Under the pieces are notes generated by a model. That model was not told the DNA's origin and made no database searches. It worked only from the letters and a program-made list of their open reading frames with translations. The translations under genes and the position numbers were made by a program. A stretch of 64,000 nt of DNA from Bacteroidota bacterium (GTDB taxonomy: Bacteria > Bacteroidota > Bacteroidia > JABEUT01). How positions within the stretch are numbered: the stretch's first letter is position 1; each line of letters opens with the position of its first letter. The stretch covers positions 3,278 through 67,277 of the forward strand of contig JABDAL010000002.1 in NCBI GenBank assembly GCA_013289165.1, in the 5' to 3' direction. Positions 16,925 to 27,561 of this stretch are shown here, piece after piece.

Positions 16925-19798
16925 TTAATTTTCTACTGCAGCATATTCCTCAATAGGCGGGCAGGTGCAAATTAAGTTCCTGTCTCCGGTGGCATTATCA
17001 GCACGGGCCACAGAAACCCAAAACTTATTTTCTTTCAGCCAATGCAAAGGATAGGCTGCTTTTTCGCGGGAATATGAGTGGTTCCATTCACCTGAGATAA
17101 GCCGTTTAGCAGTATGGGGTGCATTTTTCAACACATTATCCACCTTGTCAGCTTTGGCTGATGCAATTTCATCAATTTCAGCATGAATAGATATCATTGC
17201 TTCTACAAAGCGGTCAATTTCTTCTTTACTCTCGCTTTCTGTGGGTTCTACCATTAATGAATCGTGAACAGGAAATGACACAGTGGGTGCATGAAATCCA
17301 TAATCCATAAGCCTTTTGGCTATGTCTGTAACATCCACCCCGGAGGTCTTTTTAAACTCATTGCAATCTAAAATAAGTTCATGTGCCACATTACCATTTG
17401 TCCCGGTGTATAATATGGTGTAGTGATTCTTCAGGCAGGCTTTCAAATAATTTGCATTTAAAATTGCATACCTCGTAGCATCTGTTACACCTTGCGCTCC
17501 AAGCATCTTAATATAACCATAAGAAATAAGCAGGATGAGCGAACTGCCCCAGGGGGCTGCCGATACGGCACTTGTTCTGTTTTCATTAGGTGCCACTACA
17601 CTATGCGATGGTAAGAACGGCTTTAAATGCCTGGCCACACAAATGGGTCCCATTCCGGGGCCACCACCACCATGAGGAATGGCAAAGGTTTTATGTAAAT
17701 TTAAATGACACACATCAGCTCCAATATTAGCAGGATTGGTAAGGCCAACTTGTGCATTCATATTAGCTCCATCCATATACACTTGGCCTCCATGGGCGTG
17801 GATAATTTTTGTAATCCGTTTTATAGATTCCTCAAATACTCCATATGTGGATGGATAAGTAACCATCAGGCAGGAGAGATTATCTTTATGTTGTTTTGCT
17901 TTCTCTTCCAGATCAGCTTCATCAATATTACCGCTCTCGGTGCATTTTATAACCACAATATTCATGCCGGCCATGGCTGCAGAGGCAGGATTAGTGCCAT
18001 GTGCAGAGGATGGTATCAACACCACATCACGATGATGTTCACCTTTGCTATGGTGGTAAGCGCGTATTACCAGCAAACCAGCATACTCACCCTGTGCACC
18101 CGAATTGGGCTGCAGTGAAACCCCTGCAAAACCTGTAATAGTGCACAAGTACTTACTCAAATTATCAAACATTTTTTGATATCCCTTAGTCTGGTCAAGC
18201 GGTGCAAAAGGATGAATATTGGCAAATCCGGCCATCGTAATCGGATATAGTTCCGATGCGGCATTCAGCTTCATCGTGCATGAACCTAATGAAATCATTG
18301 AATGGGTAAGAGAAATATCCCGATTTTCCAATTTCTTTATATAGCGCATCATTTCCGTCTCGCTCTGGTAGCTATTAAATACCGGGTGGAGGAGATAACT
18401 GCTGCTACGGAATAAACCTTCCAGGTTATATTGTTCCGAAAAGCTATTTGCTTGGTTTGCTAAAGATGCTTTTCCTGCCACGGAGGCAAAAATGAAAATG
18501 ATGTCTTCTATATCAGAAGCATTGGTAGTTTCATCTAGACTGATGCAAACCGTACTTGATTCAGGGTAGTAAAAATTAAATCCCTTCTTCAATGCGGTGA
18601 GCCTGATTGCAGATGCCTCTCCATACCCCTGCGGAACATTCACTTCAATAGTATCAAAAAACTTACTGTTTGAAATAACATATCCTAACTCAGCTAACGA
18701 ACCCGCCAGGTGAACGGCAAAGCCATGTGTTTTTTTAGCAATATTTTTTATTCCTTGTGGCCCATGGTATACCGCATACATACTCGCCATAACAGCCAGC
18801 AATGCCTGTGCGGTACAGATATTGGAAGTAGCTTTCTCCCTGCGAATGTGCTGTTCGCGGGTCTGTAAAGCCATTCGCAAGGCATGGTTACCCTCGGCAT
18901 CTACTGTTACACCTATAATTCTACCGGGCAACACACGCTTGAAAGTTTCGCGAACTGCGAAAAATGCTGCATGGGGCCCTCCATAACCCAACGGAACACC
19001 AAAGCGTTGTGAATTACCAAGAACCACATCAGCGCCCCATTCGCCGGGAGGAGTTAAAAGTACCAATGCAAGTAAGTCAGTAGCAACTGCAACAAATACC
19101 TTATTATCATGCAGTTTTTGAACCAATGCTCCATAATCCGTTGCTTTGCCCCTTGCGGAAGGATATTGAAGTAATACCCCAAAAACACTATCAGTATTGG
19201 CATTTTCAACGTTATCAATAACCAAATTAATACCTACCGGAGCCGAACGGGTCTTTAAAACATCAATGGTTTGAGGGTAGCAATCCGACGAAACAAGAAA
19301 TGTATGAGCATTTTGTTTTTCAGCAGGACGGGAATGATACAGCATCAACATAGCTTCAGCCGCTGCTGTAGCCTCATCCAAAAGGGAGGCATTAGCAATA
19401 GGCATAGCTGTGAGGTCAGATACAACAGTCTGAAAATTGAGAAGCGCCTCTAACCTGCCTTGCGATATCTCCGCCTGGTAAGGTGTGTACGCCGTGTACC
19501 ATCCCGGGTTTTCAAGTACATTACGCCTTATAACGGAGGGAATAAAGCAATTATAGTATCCTAATCCAATATAGGAACGAAAAACTTTATTCTTTGAAGC
19601 TAATTCGGTTATATGTGCCAAATATTCATCTTCGCGCATAGCCTCAGGTAAATTCAGGGGCTTTTTAAGTCTTATGGAAGCGGGAATGGTGGCATCTATT
19701 AATTCATCAAGGGAGGAATAACCTATTTTATCAAGCATGTGTTTAACATCTTGTGAACGAGGCCCTAAATGGCGGTAAGCAAAACTGTCTGTCTTCAT
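16925..19798 (-). CDS. gcvP: Glycine dehydrogenase (decarboxylating), glycine cleavage system P protein
   Basis: 957 aa with two PLP-dependent domains. The N-terminal MKTDSFAYRHLGPR and overall length are diagnostic. Confidence 0.9.
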   Translation of the reverse strand: MKTDSFAYRHLGPRSQDVKHMLDKIGYSSLDELIDATIPASIRLKKPLNLPEAMREDEYLAHITELASKNKVFRSYIGLGYYNCFIPSVIRRNVLENPGWYTAYTPYQAEISQGRLEALLNFQTVVSDLTAMPIANASLLDEATAAAEAMLMLYHSRPAEKQNAHTFLVSSDCYPQTIDVLKTRSAPVGINLVIDNVENANTDSVFGVLLQYPSARGKATDYGALVQKLHDNKVFVAVATDLLALVLLTPPGEWGADVVLGNSQRFGVPLGYGGPHAAFFAVRETFKRVLPGRIIGVTVDAEGNHALRMALQTREQHIRREKATSNICTAQALLAVMASMYAVYHGPQGIKNIAKKTHGFAVHLAGSLAELGYVISNSKFFDTIEVNVPQGYGEASAIRLTALKKGFNFYYPESSTVCISLDETTNASDIEDIIFIFASVAGKASLANQANSFSEQYNLEGLFRSSSYLLHPVFNSYQSETEMMRYIKKLENRDISLTHSMISLGSCTMKLNAASELYPITMAGFANIHPFAPLDQTKGYQKMFDNLSKYLCTITGFAGVSLQPNSGAQGEYAGLLVIRAYHHSKGEHHRDVVLIPSSAHGTNPASAAMAGMNIVVIKCTESGNIDEADLEEKAKQHKDNLSCLMVTYPSTYGVFEESIKRITKIIHAHGGQVYMDGANMNAQVGLTNPANIGADVCHLNLHKTFAIPHGGGGPGMGPICVARHLKPFLPSHSVVAPNENRTSAVSAAPWGSSLILLISYGYIKMLGAQGVTDATRYAILNANYLKACLKNHYTILYTGTNGNVAHELILDCNEFKKTSGVDVTDIAKRLMDYGFHAPTVSFPVHDSLMVEPTESESKEEIDRFVEAMISIHAEIDEIASAKADKVDNVLKNAPHTAKRLISGEWNHSYSREKAAYPLHWLKENKFWVSVARADNATGDRNLICTCPPIEEYAAVEN

Positions 19799-19972
19799 TA
19801 ATGTGCGTACTAAAAATTTAAGTTCGCAAAGTTATAAAAAAGTAAGATAAGGGGTAAGTAATAAGAAACAAGGGGTAGTATCTTGGTTTAAAATTATTCA
19901 AGTTTATTTTCATTGTAATTAATCCTTTCATTGAACAATTGTAAATACCACCAAAAGGGTGCGCAACATTAT

Positions 19973-20560
19973 TTATCGGGTAAAATCGAAACCAAAATGT
20001 TTTGCATAGTCCTCAAGTGGTTCTAGTCCAACTTCTGCTCTGCGTTTATCAACGTTCTTTTCGTCTATAATTGGTTCAAAGGTTGGTTTCCCATCCTTAT
20101 AACCTACCTGAGAACCATAAATTTGTGGTCTTCCGTGCCGTACTTCAATCCTGTCTTCCAACAAAGCAAGGTGTGAAGCCATAGCATTACCCTTTTTCAC
20201 AGCTTCTTTCATTATTGGCAAATATTTCTCCTGCGTTTTTAAGTCAGAATGTTGGATAACTAACCACAATGCCATATTTCCATTTACTCCCACTGAATCA
20301 ACTCCAACCCATCCATATTTATCTATAATGGCTTCTACTTTCATTAAATTTATTGAATCTAATTTCTTAATAGTATCCCAAAGCGTTTTCATTTCAGTAG
20401 AATTATCACCATATTTCTTTTTTATAGAATCAATCTTTAGGCGATATTTTTGGTCATCATTTAAAATTGTATCCAATCTATAAGCAAGAGGGGTAGAATT
20501 TTGCCCAAAAGCAGTAAGAGCAAAGGAAAGGAGTAGTATAATACTTAAGGATGCTTTCAT
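19973..20560 (-). CDS. Hypothetical secreted protein
   Basis: Signal peptide and a 195-aa length. Confidence 0.45.
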   Translation of the reverse strand: MKASLSIILLLSFALTAFGQNSTPLAYRLDTILNDDQKYRLKIDSIKKKYGDNSTEMKTLWDTIKKLDSINLMKVEAIIDKYGWVGVDSVGVNGNMALWLVIQHSDLKTQEKYLPIMKEAVKKGNAMASHLALLEDRIEVRHGRPQIYGSQVGYKDGKPTFEPIIDEKNVDKRRAEVGLEPLEDYAKHFGFDFTR

Positions 20561-20626
20561 GCTTTGTCTATTAAGGATAAATATTTTCTACTTAATAAAC
20601 TCAAATACTCCGTGGAGCCGAAAACA

Positions 20627-21355
20627 TCAACTGGCTTTCAGCTTCCTCACTTCTTCGGGTGTTAGATACCTCCATGCCCCACGTGGCAAGTGATGTAAAG
20701 TTAGTCCTGCATAACCTACCCGGTCAAGGGCTTTGACTTTGTATTCAAGTGCCTCAAAAATACGGCGAACAATACGGTTTTTACCACTATGGAGAGTCAG
20801 AACTATGGAATCATCTCCGTCTTTGCTGGAGTATTCTATTTCATCTACCTGTGCAAAGCCGTCTTCAAGCATTATGCCCTTTCTTACCTTTTTTAAATCA
20901 TCATAGGCAAGTGGCTTGTCCAAACGGGCTTTATATACTTTGCGGACTTCCCCGGAGGGATGAGACAAATGATTGGCGAGTTCCCCATCATTAGTAAGAA
21001 TAAGTAACCCGGTAGTATTCCGGTCAAGCCGCCCTACCGGATACACTTTTTCCTCGCAGGCTCCTTCAATCAGGTCTATAACAGTTTTACGGTCTCTTTC
21101 GTCTGATACAGTGGAAATTGCATCCTTAGTTTTATTGAGTAAAATATATTGTTTTTGAACGTGCCTGAGTTTTGTACCCTCCACATTCACACGGTCGGTA
21201 CGCTTTACCCGGTACCCGGGAGAATCTACCACTTTATCATTCACCTTTACAAGGCCCATGAAAATTAACTCATCAGCTTTCCGGCGAGAACAGTAACCTG
21301 TGTTCGATATATATTTATTAAGGCGTTCGCCTTCGGTGTCAGTATTGTTTTTCAT
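20627..21355 (-). CDS. rluB: rRNA pseudouridine synthase (RsuA/RluB family)
   Basis: S4-like N-terminus plus the catalytic VGRLDRNTTGLLILTNDG motif. Confidence 0.8.
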   Translation of the reverse strand: MKNNTDTEGERLNKYISNTGYCSRRKADELIFMGLVKVNDKVVDSPGYRVKRTDRVNVEGTKLRHVQKQYILLNKTKDAISTVSDERDRKTVIDLIEGACEEKVYPVGRLDRNTTGLLILTNDGELANHLSHPSGEVRKVYKARLDKPLAYDDLKKVRKGIMLEDGFAQVDEIEYSSKDGDDSIVLTLHSGKNRIVRRIFEALEYKVKALDRVGYAGLTLHHLPRGAWRYLTPEEVRKLKAS

Positions 21356-21375
21356 TTATAGATAGAAAGTTCATT

Positions 21376-22956
21376 TCACAAAACTCGTTTAAATAATCTC
21401 CCATGAGCTATACCGTAATCGAATTTCTTAACAATTTTAAAGTTTGGCAAGGTATCACTTCTTTTCCACCACAGAGTATCGAAGTCAACATTTGTATATA
21501 CGACATACTCTGTATTTTTATTTAAATCAACGGCAAGATTAGTAAAAATCGAATCGCCTGTTAAAAACCCGCAATCCTTATCATGTAATGCTACTGTCAT
21601 TGTGAAATTAGAATAGATATTGCTTTTTTGTAAATGCTGCTGTTCCATATATTTAACCATTTCCTGCTCAAGCCTTATACCATGAATATATTTTGGAGAA
21701 TCATCGCCCAAACTGTTGCAGTAAAAAATAACATTACATATCATCAACACCACTATTACTAAAGCCCAAGTGTAAGGCAGATAAGGCCGGAACTGAATGG
21801 ATGTTTTGATGTAATAAGAAAAGTATATCACCATTAAAGGCACAAGCAGAAGAAGATACCTGTTTGTAAAGAAATTAATGGAACTGAATACAAGATATAG
21901 TATACCTGTAATAAAAAGAGTAGCAAGGAATTTTTCGGATTGCTTTGAAGCCGTCGCATATTTTATATGCATAAAATAATAGAACATACAAGTAAACGCT
22001 CCAACAAACAAAATCATCAGCCAATCAGGAAGCGGCCAGTAACGGAAAAAGATTTTTACACATACCATCAAACCTATCACTATTGCCCACCTGGCAAATA
22101 CCGGAATAGGTTTATACAATAACCCAAATATTATAAGAAATGACCATGTTATAAGTATACGTCCCTGCCCTTCGAACAATATATCATAACAGTGTTTTAA
22201 TACCTCCTGGAAATTGTTCCAGTTAAAATTCAAAAGTGCCACATGTTCCGGGTAGAGATAATATCCCCGTTCACTATGCTGAATTATTAAAAAAGCTATA
22301 AACGGTAGTATTGGAGTGAAAGCAAACAGGGAATCTACCATAAATAATTTGAAAGAATGCAACGTGATCTTTTGAACAAAAAAGGAAATACATTGATATG
22401 CCATTAACGATGCAATAATAACAATGCCGCTTTCCTTAGTCAGCATTAACAAACTGCCAAATAAAAAATAATAAAATCTATTTCCTTTTACAAAATGATA
22501 AATGGTAAGAACTGCCCATAATGAAACAAATATTTCAGGGAGTACAATAGCTGATTGACTAATAAAATTAGGCTGTATAAGGGTAATGGCACTAACAATT
22601 AATGCAAGGGTAGAATCAAAGAGGTTCTTTACAATGTAAAACAATGTAAAAATGAAGCTTATTGCTATCGCAAGAGCAAACAGATGCAGGGAAATAAAAC
22701 TGCTTCCCAACAGCTTTACCCATATTGCCCCTGTGAAAAAAAAGAATAAAGGATGTCCCCGGGAAAAAAAATCGGAAAGGGCATGCGGCATGAGACTTAT
22801 CCCGCTTTGGGCCATTGCTTTGATAGCCGGGGCATAAACCCAGGACTCATCCCAAAAATAGGGTGTGTTTAAAGTGAAGTATTTTAGGATAATAAAAATA
22901 ATGCATAAAGCGCAAAGAATAAGAAATTGATATGAATCTTTTATTTTGGAAAGCAT
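21376..22956 (-). CDS. Polytopic membrane protein, GT-C-fold glycosyltransferase-like (GT39/GT83 ArnT/PMT-like)
   Basis: More than 10 TM helices, a WDESW acidic motif in the first loop, and a C-terminal soluble domain of about 130 aa. This architecture is typical of ArnT-like enzymes. Confidence 0.45.
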   Translation of the reverse strand: MLSKIKDSYQFLILCALCIIFIILKYFTLNTPYFWDESWVYAPAIKAMAQSGISLMPHALSDFFSRGHPLFFFFTGAIWVKLLGSSFISLHLFALAIAISFIFTLFYIVKNLFDSTLALIVSAITLIQPNFISQSAIVLPEIFVSLWAVLTIYHFVKGNRFYYFLFGSLLMLTKESGIVIIASLMAYQCISFFVQKITLHSFKLFMVDSLFAFTPILPFIAFLIIQHSERGYYLYPEHVALLNFNWNNFQEVLKHCYDILFEGQGRILITWSFLIIFGLLYKPIPVFARWAIVIGLMVCVKIFFRYWPLPDWLMILFVGAFTCMFYYFMHIKYATASKQSEKFLATLFITGILYLVFSSINFFTNRYLLLLVPLMVIYFSYYIKTSIQFRPYLPYTWALVIVVLMICNVIFYCNSLGDDSPKYIHGIRLEQEMVKYMEQQHLQKSNIYSNFTMTVALHDKDCGFLTGDSIFTNLAVDLNKNTEYVVYTNVDFDTLWWKRSDTLPNFKIVKKFDYGIAHGRLFKRVL

Positions 22957-22977
22957 TAGCCTATTATAATCTGGAAA

Positions 22978-24216
22978 TTAACCAACCCAACCATTATGAA
23001 GAAAACTATTATAAAAATAAAGCTGCAAAAATATGTTACCTATTAAACAAACGGAGTATGATATTTTTGAAATATACTTGTTAGGATGAGATATGAACAA
23101 GAAAAGCATTACAAATACCGAAAGAGCTAAATATTTTAATGTTTCGACGATATGTACATAGCTGCCCAACAATAGCCAAAAAACATTTAAGAGCAAGAAT
23201 ATAAGTACATATTCTCTCGTTGTCCAGGATTTTTTTAAAAGCGCAGAAAAACCCAAAAAGAAAAAGGGAGTAGCAAAAACAAAACGGTTAAGGCTGAATA
23301 GGCTGCCGCCACGTGTGAATAAAACAAACCAGCATATCCCGGCCAAATAAATAATAGAAAATAAAGTGGGCTCTTGTTTCATTGATTCTCCAATAGTAGA
23401 CTTCTTAAATGCAAAATAAGCAATTGCTACAGTTGCTATTATACCTACCAAAAAAGCTGAACCATCCAGTTTAACAATATCATCTCCTCCCCAAGAAGTA
23501 AGATGAAACTTGGGTATCTGCAAATAATTATTCCACATTTTTTGTGAATGAAAAAATGCAAAATAATCATGCGTATTAAAGTATTGTATAAAAAAAACGA
23601 GAATGATTCCCAGTAAGATGGGAAGAATTAAAAAAATAAACCTTTGAAGGGTTAACTTTCTATTTTCTATAATATTCAGAATAATTACTGCTGGAATAAA
23701 GACATATACTACCGGCCGAGTACAGCTTGCCAGTAGCATACCCACAAATATTATCCAGTTATTTTGCTTACTCATCCCAATTAAGGCCAATGCAACTGAG
23801 AAAAAGAATACGGATTCTGTGTAAGGTAAAAATAGAAATATCAATGAAGGGAAAGAAAGTATAATCAAAAACTCCTCCGCAGAAAACTTAAAGAAAGTTA
23901 CAAGTAAAGAAGCGGAAAAAATAAAAAGTATCCCGTTAAACAAAACTACACCATATATACCACACCTTAATATTTTCCATATTAATGGAAAAAGGGGGAA
24001 AAAAGCAGTTCGAAATCCTAAGTAATCTATATGGGCAATATGTTCATAGTGAATTGCATCCCAATGCATGAAACTATCCCGATTAAAAACAGTCTGGTTA
24101 TTGGTAAATCGTAAAAAAAACATCAATACTGCAAATGCTCCTATAAAATAGGCTAAAGCAAAAAAAAAGTTTCTTATGAAACAATAATAAAATGAATTGT
24201 AATTGGAACTAATCAC
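22978..24216 (-). CDS. Polytopic membrane protein, putative mannosyltransferase-like (PIG-V/GT76-like, GT-C)
   Basis: HWDAIHYEHIAHIDYLGFRTAFFPLFPL resembles the conserved PIG-V/Mannosyl_trans2 region. About 10 TM helices. Its ATGA start overlaps the upstream gene. Confidence 0.35.
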   Translation of the reverse strand: MISSNYNSFYYCFIRNFFFALAYFIGAFAVLMFFLRFTNNQTVFNRDSFMHWDAIHYEHIAHIDYLGFRTAFFPLFPLIWKILRCGIYGVVLFNGILFIFSASLLVTFFKFSAEEFLIILSFPSLIFLFLPYTESVFFFSVALALIGMSKQNNWIIFVGMLLASCTRPVVYVFIPAVIILNIIENRKLTLQRFIFLILPILLGIILVFFIQYFNTHDYFAFFHSQKMWNNYLQIPKFHLTSWGGDDIVKLDGSAFLVGIIATVAIAYFAFKKSTIGESMKQEPTLFSIIYLAGICWFVLFTRGGSLFSLNRFVFATPFFFLGFSALLKKSWTTREYVLIFLLLNVFWLLLGSYVHIVETLKYLALSVFVMLFLFISHPNKYISKISYSVCLIGNIFLQLYFYNSFLHNGWVG

Positions 24217-25736
24217 TCAATTATAAATTTGCTAGTAGCCACAGTAATTCCACTCTGGTTGATAATCTTGCATATATAGATTCCAGAAGCAAGCCCACCT
24301 TTCTCAATGTGAGCAATAGACTGTTCATGTCCAATCGGTTGAAGTGAGGCATTTTGAACAATACATTGTCCAAAAACATTATATATATTGAACAGATAAC
24401 TTGCCCCAGCTATTCCTTGAACTAATATTGTAGACGAGGATTTTACAGGATTTGGGAATATCTTAATCCCTGGATGAATAGTAGCTTGATCAATAGTGTT
24501 AGTTGGAATACATAGACAAGTATCTTTATATAAGTGGATAGAAAGCGTATAATTATTTACTACACTATCGTTTTTCAGACGAACTACATAAACATCATAT
24601 ACGCCCTGTGTATAGCCAAGGCTGTTTGTAGCACCTACAAAGACCGCATTACCATTTTTTGCAAGTGCAATAGAAGTGCCTAGTTGGTACCCTGTTCCAC
24701 CAAAAGAGGGACCGGATAAGGGTACTCCGCCTATATTAATATGCCATATACGCATAGATTCTGGTCCCAAACCGTATCCTGCATTACTGGCTGATACAGC
24801 AAGATAAGAGCTATCGGGTGCTTGAATAGCATCTTTACCAATATTACGTCCTGTGGATAGATGATATATCTGCATCCATTGCATATCACCCATACTATCT
24901 AACTTTAAAAGCATTTCATCAGGTTTACCCGGTTCAACGCTGTCAGTAGAACCAAAAACAATAAAGCCCCTATCAACTGTTCCACGAATTGAGTTACCTA
25001 CATTATCATTTGTACTTCCGTATGTTGTATATTTTTTAACCATCCCCTTACTATCCATCAATATAAAATATATGTTGGTATCTCCAATACCAAAACTGGT
25101 TGTAGCTCCTATAATGGCATACAAGGAATCCTCATGAACACAAATAGAATTTCCTATACTGTAACCGCCCTCTCCTCCAATAGCTCTTGTCCATAATGTA
25201 TCACCGTTTTTATCTATGCGAATTACATACACATTTCCATTCCCCGGTCCGAAACTATATGTGAGCCCACACATAATAAAACCGCTGTCGGGAAGCTGCT
25301 GCAGAGAATATCCAAAATCCCAATCAGAGCCACCATACGTTTTTTGCCATTGCACTTTTCCAAGGGAATCTGTCTTTACAAGCAACACATCATATCCGCC
25401 TGCTCCATAGCTGTCTGTAAAACCAAGAAAGGCATAGCCTTTGTCAAATGTAGTGGCAACGGAGAAACCTTCCTGGTTCATAGCCCCGCTATAAGTCCTT
25501 GACCACTGATGATTGCATAATGAATCTGTTTTAATAACATAAAAGCTCGTATTGCCACAGCCAAAACTATTGGTAGTACCAATCATAATGTATCCCCCGT
25601 CATACGTGGGTTTTATTTGGTTACATACATCATTCTGTATGCCACCATAGGTATAGATATAAGCCGTATCATTAAATTGGGATAGCATCGAAAAGCTAAG
25701 CAATAGAAAGAAACCAAAGAATACTGTTTTTTTCAC
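24213..25736 (-). CDS. Secreted beta-propeller repeat protein with a T9SS type-A C-terminal sorting domain
   Basis: Signal peptide, then repeats of the form T.SFG.G..D...K.DS.G. The C-terminus IFPNPVKSSSTILV...GIYICKIINQSGITVATSKFIIE matches the Por_Secre_tail pattern. Confidence 0.6.
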   Translation of the reverse strand: MKKTVFFGFFLLLSFSMLSQFNDTAYIYTYGGIQNDVCNQIKPTYDGGYIMIGTTNSFGCGNTSFYVIKTDSLCNHQWSRTYSGAMNQEGFSVATTFDKGYAFLGFTDSYGAGGYDVLLVKTDSLGKVQWQKTYGGSDWDFGYSLQQLPDSGFIMCGLTYSFGPGNGNVYVIRIDKNGDTLWTRAIGGEGGYSIGNSICVHEDSLYAIIGATTSFGIGDTNIYFILMDSKGMVKKYTTYGSTNDNVGNSIRGTVDRGFIVFGSTDSVEPGKPDEMLLKLDSMGDMQWMQIYHLSTGRNIGKDAIQAPDSSYLAVSASNAGYGLGPESMRIWHINIGGVPLSGPSFGGTGYQLGTSIALAKNGNAVFVGATNSLGYTQGVYDVYVVRLKNDSVVNNYTLSIHLYKDTCLCIPTNTIDQATIHPGIKIFPNPVKSSSTILVQGIAGASYLFNIYNVFGQCIVQNASLQPIGHEQSIAHIEKGGLASGIYICKIINQSGITVATSKFIIE

Positions 25737-25846
25737 TTTAAATCATTAAAAACCACCTGCGAAGATACTATATTTCAGGATTCTTACCAAGTAATTACCC
25801 TCTCACCAAGGCTGAGAGCCATAAACAACAACGCCGTTTCCCGGTA

Positions 25847-27445
25847 TCAGTTTCTTAAATCGTAAATGAGTATATTTTTATACCGGCCTATTTTCTTAGT
25901 GAGAAAAGGGCTTAGCCATTCCTTACTTATAAAGGAGGTGTCATTAATTATCAAATATTTAGCCCCAAGTTCCATACATTTCTTTATAGACATTTGATTA
26001 TTGCTTTCATCCTGCCCATAATCAGTGTATCCCTTCTGGTCCATTAAGTATAGGCTGATATTTATACTTTGGTCAGGAATGCTAATCACTTTATCTTCTC
26101 TTTTTATACCTAAACTTCTCAGGTAGGGAGTAATTGTTTCAAAAGCTTGAAAGCCTTGCTTGTATGAAGCGTCCATATAGTTCCAATATCCCTGGTGCAT
26201 GCCATCCATAGCAATATTATATTCTGCTACGGGATAATCAGGGGAATATCTCATATTTATTTGTACCGAACAATAGTATATGCTTAGCAACAGGGCAATA
26301 AATCCAATCACTTTTACTTTTACAGAAATAAATATTTCAACTTGCTTCTTTTTTAAATAATCGAGGAAAGTCAATAAAATAAGGGGAACAAGAATCAATA
26401 AATTAATTAGGTAATAATCGTGCACATAAAATACCTGGAACCACAGAATAATATATGCAATACAAGCCATCAGAACAGTGCAGGTAAGAAATAACAAAAA
26501 TCTGCTTACACTTTTATACACTAAAAATAGTACCACTAAAATCAACAACACTCCAATCAACAAAAATGGAGCCAGGTACACAGGTAACTGTTCTGTAAAT
26601 AATTGATTTAGTATTGTATAATTCTGTAATGAGTGTGTCTCCCAAATCGGAAGGATGGAAGTACTAAAAGCTCCTCCCACGTGAGCGTTATTATAATGTA
26701 TAGCGAAAATAGTCCAACCATAAATGATACAAAAAACAGCCAGGAATTGAAATATATAATGGAGTGGTTTACTAAATATTTTTTCATTTGTTTTAAATTT
26801 ATAAATATTTAAACTTTCAAGCACAAAAGCAAGGAATATTGGAGCAAAAGAAATAAGCGCGCTGATTTTTGTAAGCCCTGCAATAAGAAAGAAAAACATT
26901 GAAATAGTAAAGAAGCGCATTTTCCCACCTGAATAAAACTTTTGAAAAAAGAACCAAGCTATAAAGGCAAAACTAAGTGCAGAGGTATCCGCAAGAAAAT
27001 TATATGCATAATACGCGAAAATGGTAGATGAAAATAGTAGCAAAGAAACTAGTAGCGCCCATGCGCCATCTTTCAGAATATTTTTTGAAAGGCAGAAAAG
27101 AGCATATAAGCCTGTAAATGCTATGGAAATATTTACTAACCTGAAAATAAATTCATGGTACCCAAAGATTTTCCACAACAAAGCAACAAAATAATACAGC
27201 CACGGACATTCGCTGGTACAAGTTTTACCATCACCATTAGGCCCGCTCCAGTGAATAGTTGGGGAGAAAAAGTGCATTCCTTCTTTGTAATAGTTCAACG
27301 CTATTGAAAGACAATCACATTGCCTCCACTGATGGACAGAAAACGGGCGCCTGAATAAAATTAATTGATAGCTATACGCATATCCAATCAGCAACAAAAG
27401 AATAAAAAAGAGGTATGTCCATTTATTCCTTTGAATTGATTTCAT
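25847..27445 (-). CDS. Polytopic membrane protein, GT-C glycosyltransferase-like, with the same architecture as 21376-22956
   Basis: About 12 TM helices plus a C-terminal soluble domain of about 130 aa. It heads the same-strand operon. Confidence 0.4.
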   Translation of the reverse strand: MKSIQRNKWTYLFFILLLLIGYAYSYQLILFRRPFSVHQWRQCDCLSIALNYYKEGMHFFSPTIHWSGPNGDGKTCTSECPWLYYFVALLWKIFGYHEFIFRLVNISIAFTGLYALFCLSKNILKDGAWALLVSLLLFSSTIFAYYAYNFLADTSALSFAFIAWFFFQKFYSGGKMRFFTISMFFFLIAGLTKISALISFAPIFLAFVLESLNIYKFKTNEKIFSKPLHYIFQFLAVFCIIYGWTIFAIHYNNAHVGGAFSTSILPIWETHSLQNYTILNQLFTEQLPVYLAPFLLIGVLLILVVLFLVYKSVSRFLLFLTCTVLMACIAYIILWFQVFYVHDYYLINLLILVPLILLTFLDYLKKKQVEIFISVKVKVIGFIALLLSIYYCSVQINMRYSPDYPVAEYNIAMDGMHQGYWNYMDASYKQGFQAFETITPYLRSLGIKREDKVISIPDQSINISLYLMDQKGYTDYGQDESNNQMSIKKCMELGAKYLIINDTSFISKEWLSPFLTKKIGRYKNILIYDLRN

Positions 27446-27561
27446 CCCGATACTTCAAAATTTGTACAAGTATAGCTAAATATAATGAAAACCAGACAGT
27501 GAGGTATATCCATATTATATTTAAATCATTTATAAATCCCTGTCTTTATTAATTTTGCCCT

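Noticed and set aside
17705-18118. Antisense ORFs inside gcvP, as well as inside cysN, recJ, the BNR protein and others
   Set aside because: They sit within strongly supported genes on the opposite strand. The same applies to the many other nested 60-150-aa ORFs in the track.
19799-19972. Glycine riboswitch upstream of gcvP
   Set aside because: I looked for the conserved riboswitch core elements in the 174-bp upstream region and did not see them. gcvP here also lacks the usual gcvT partner.
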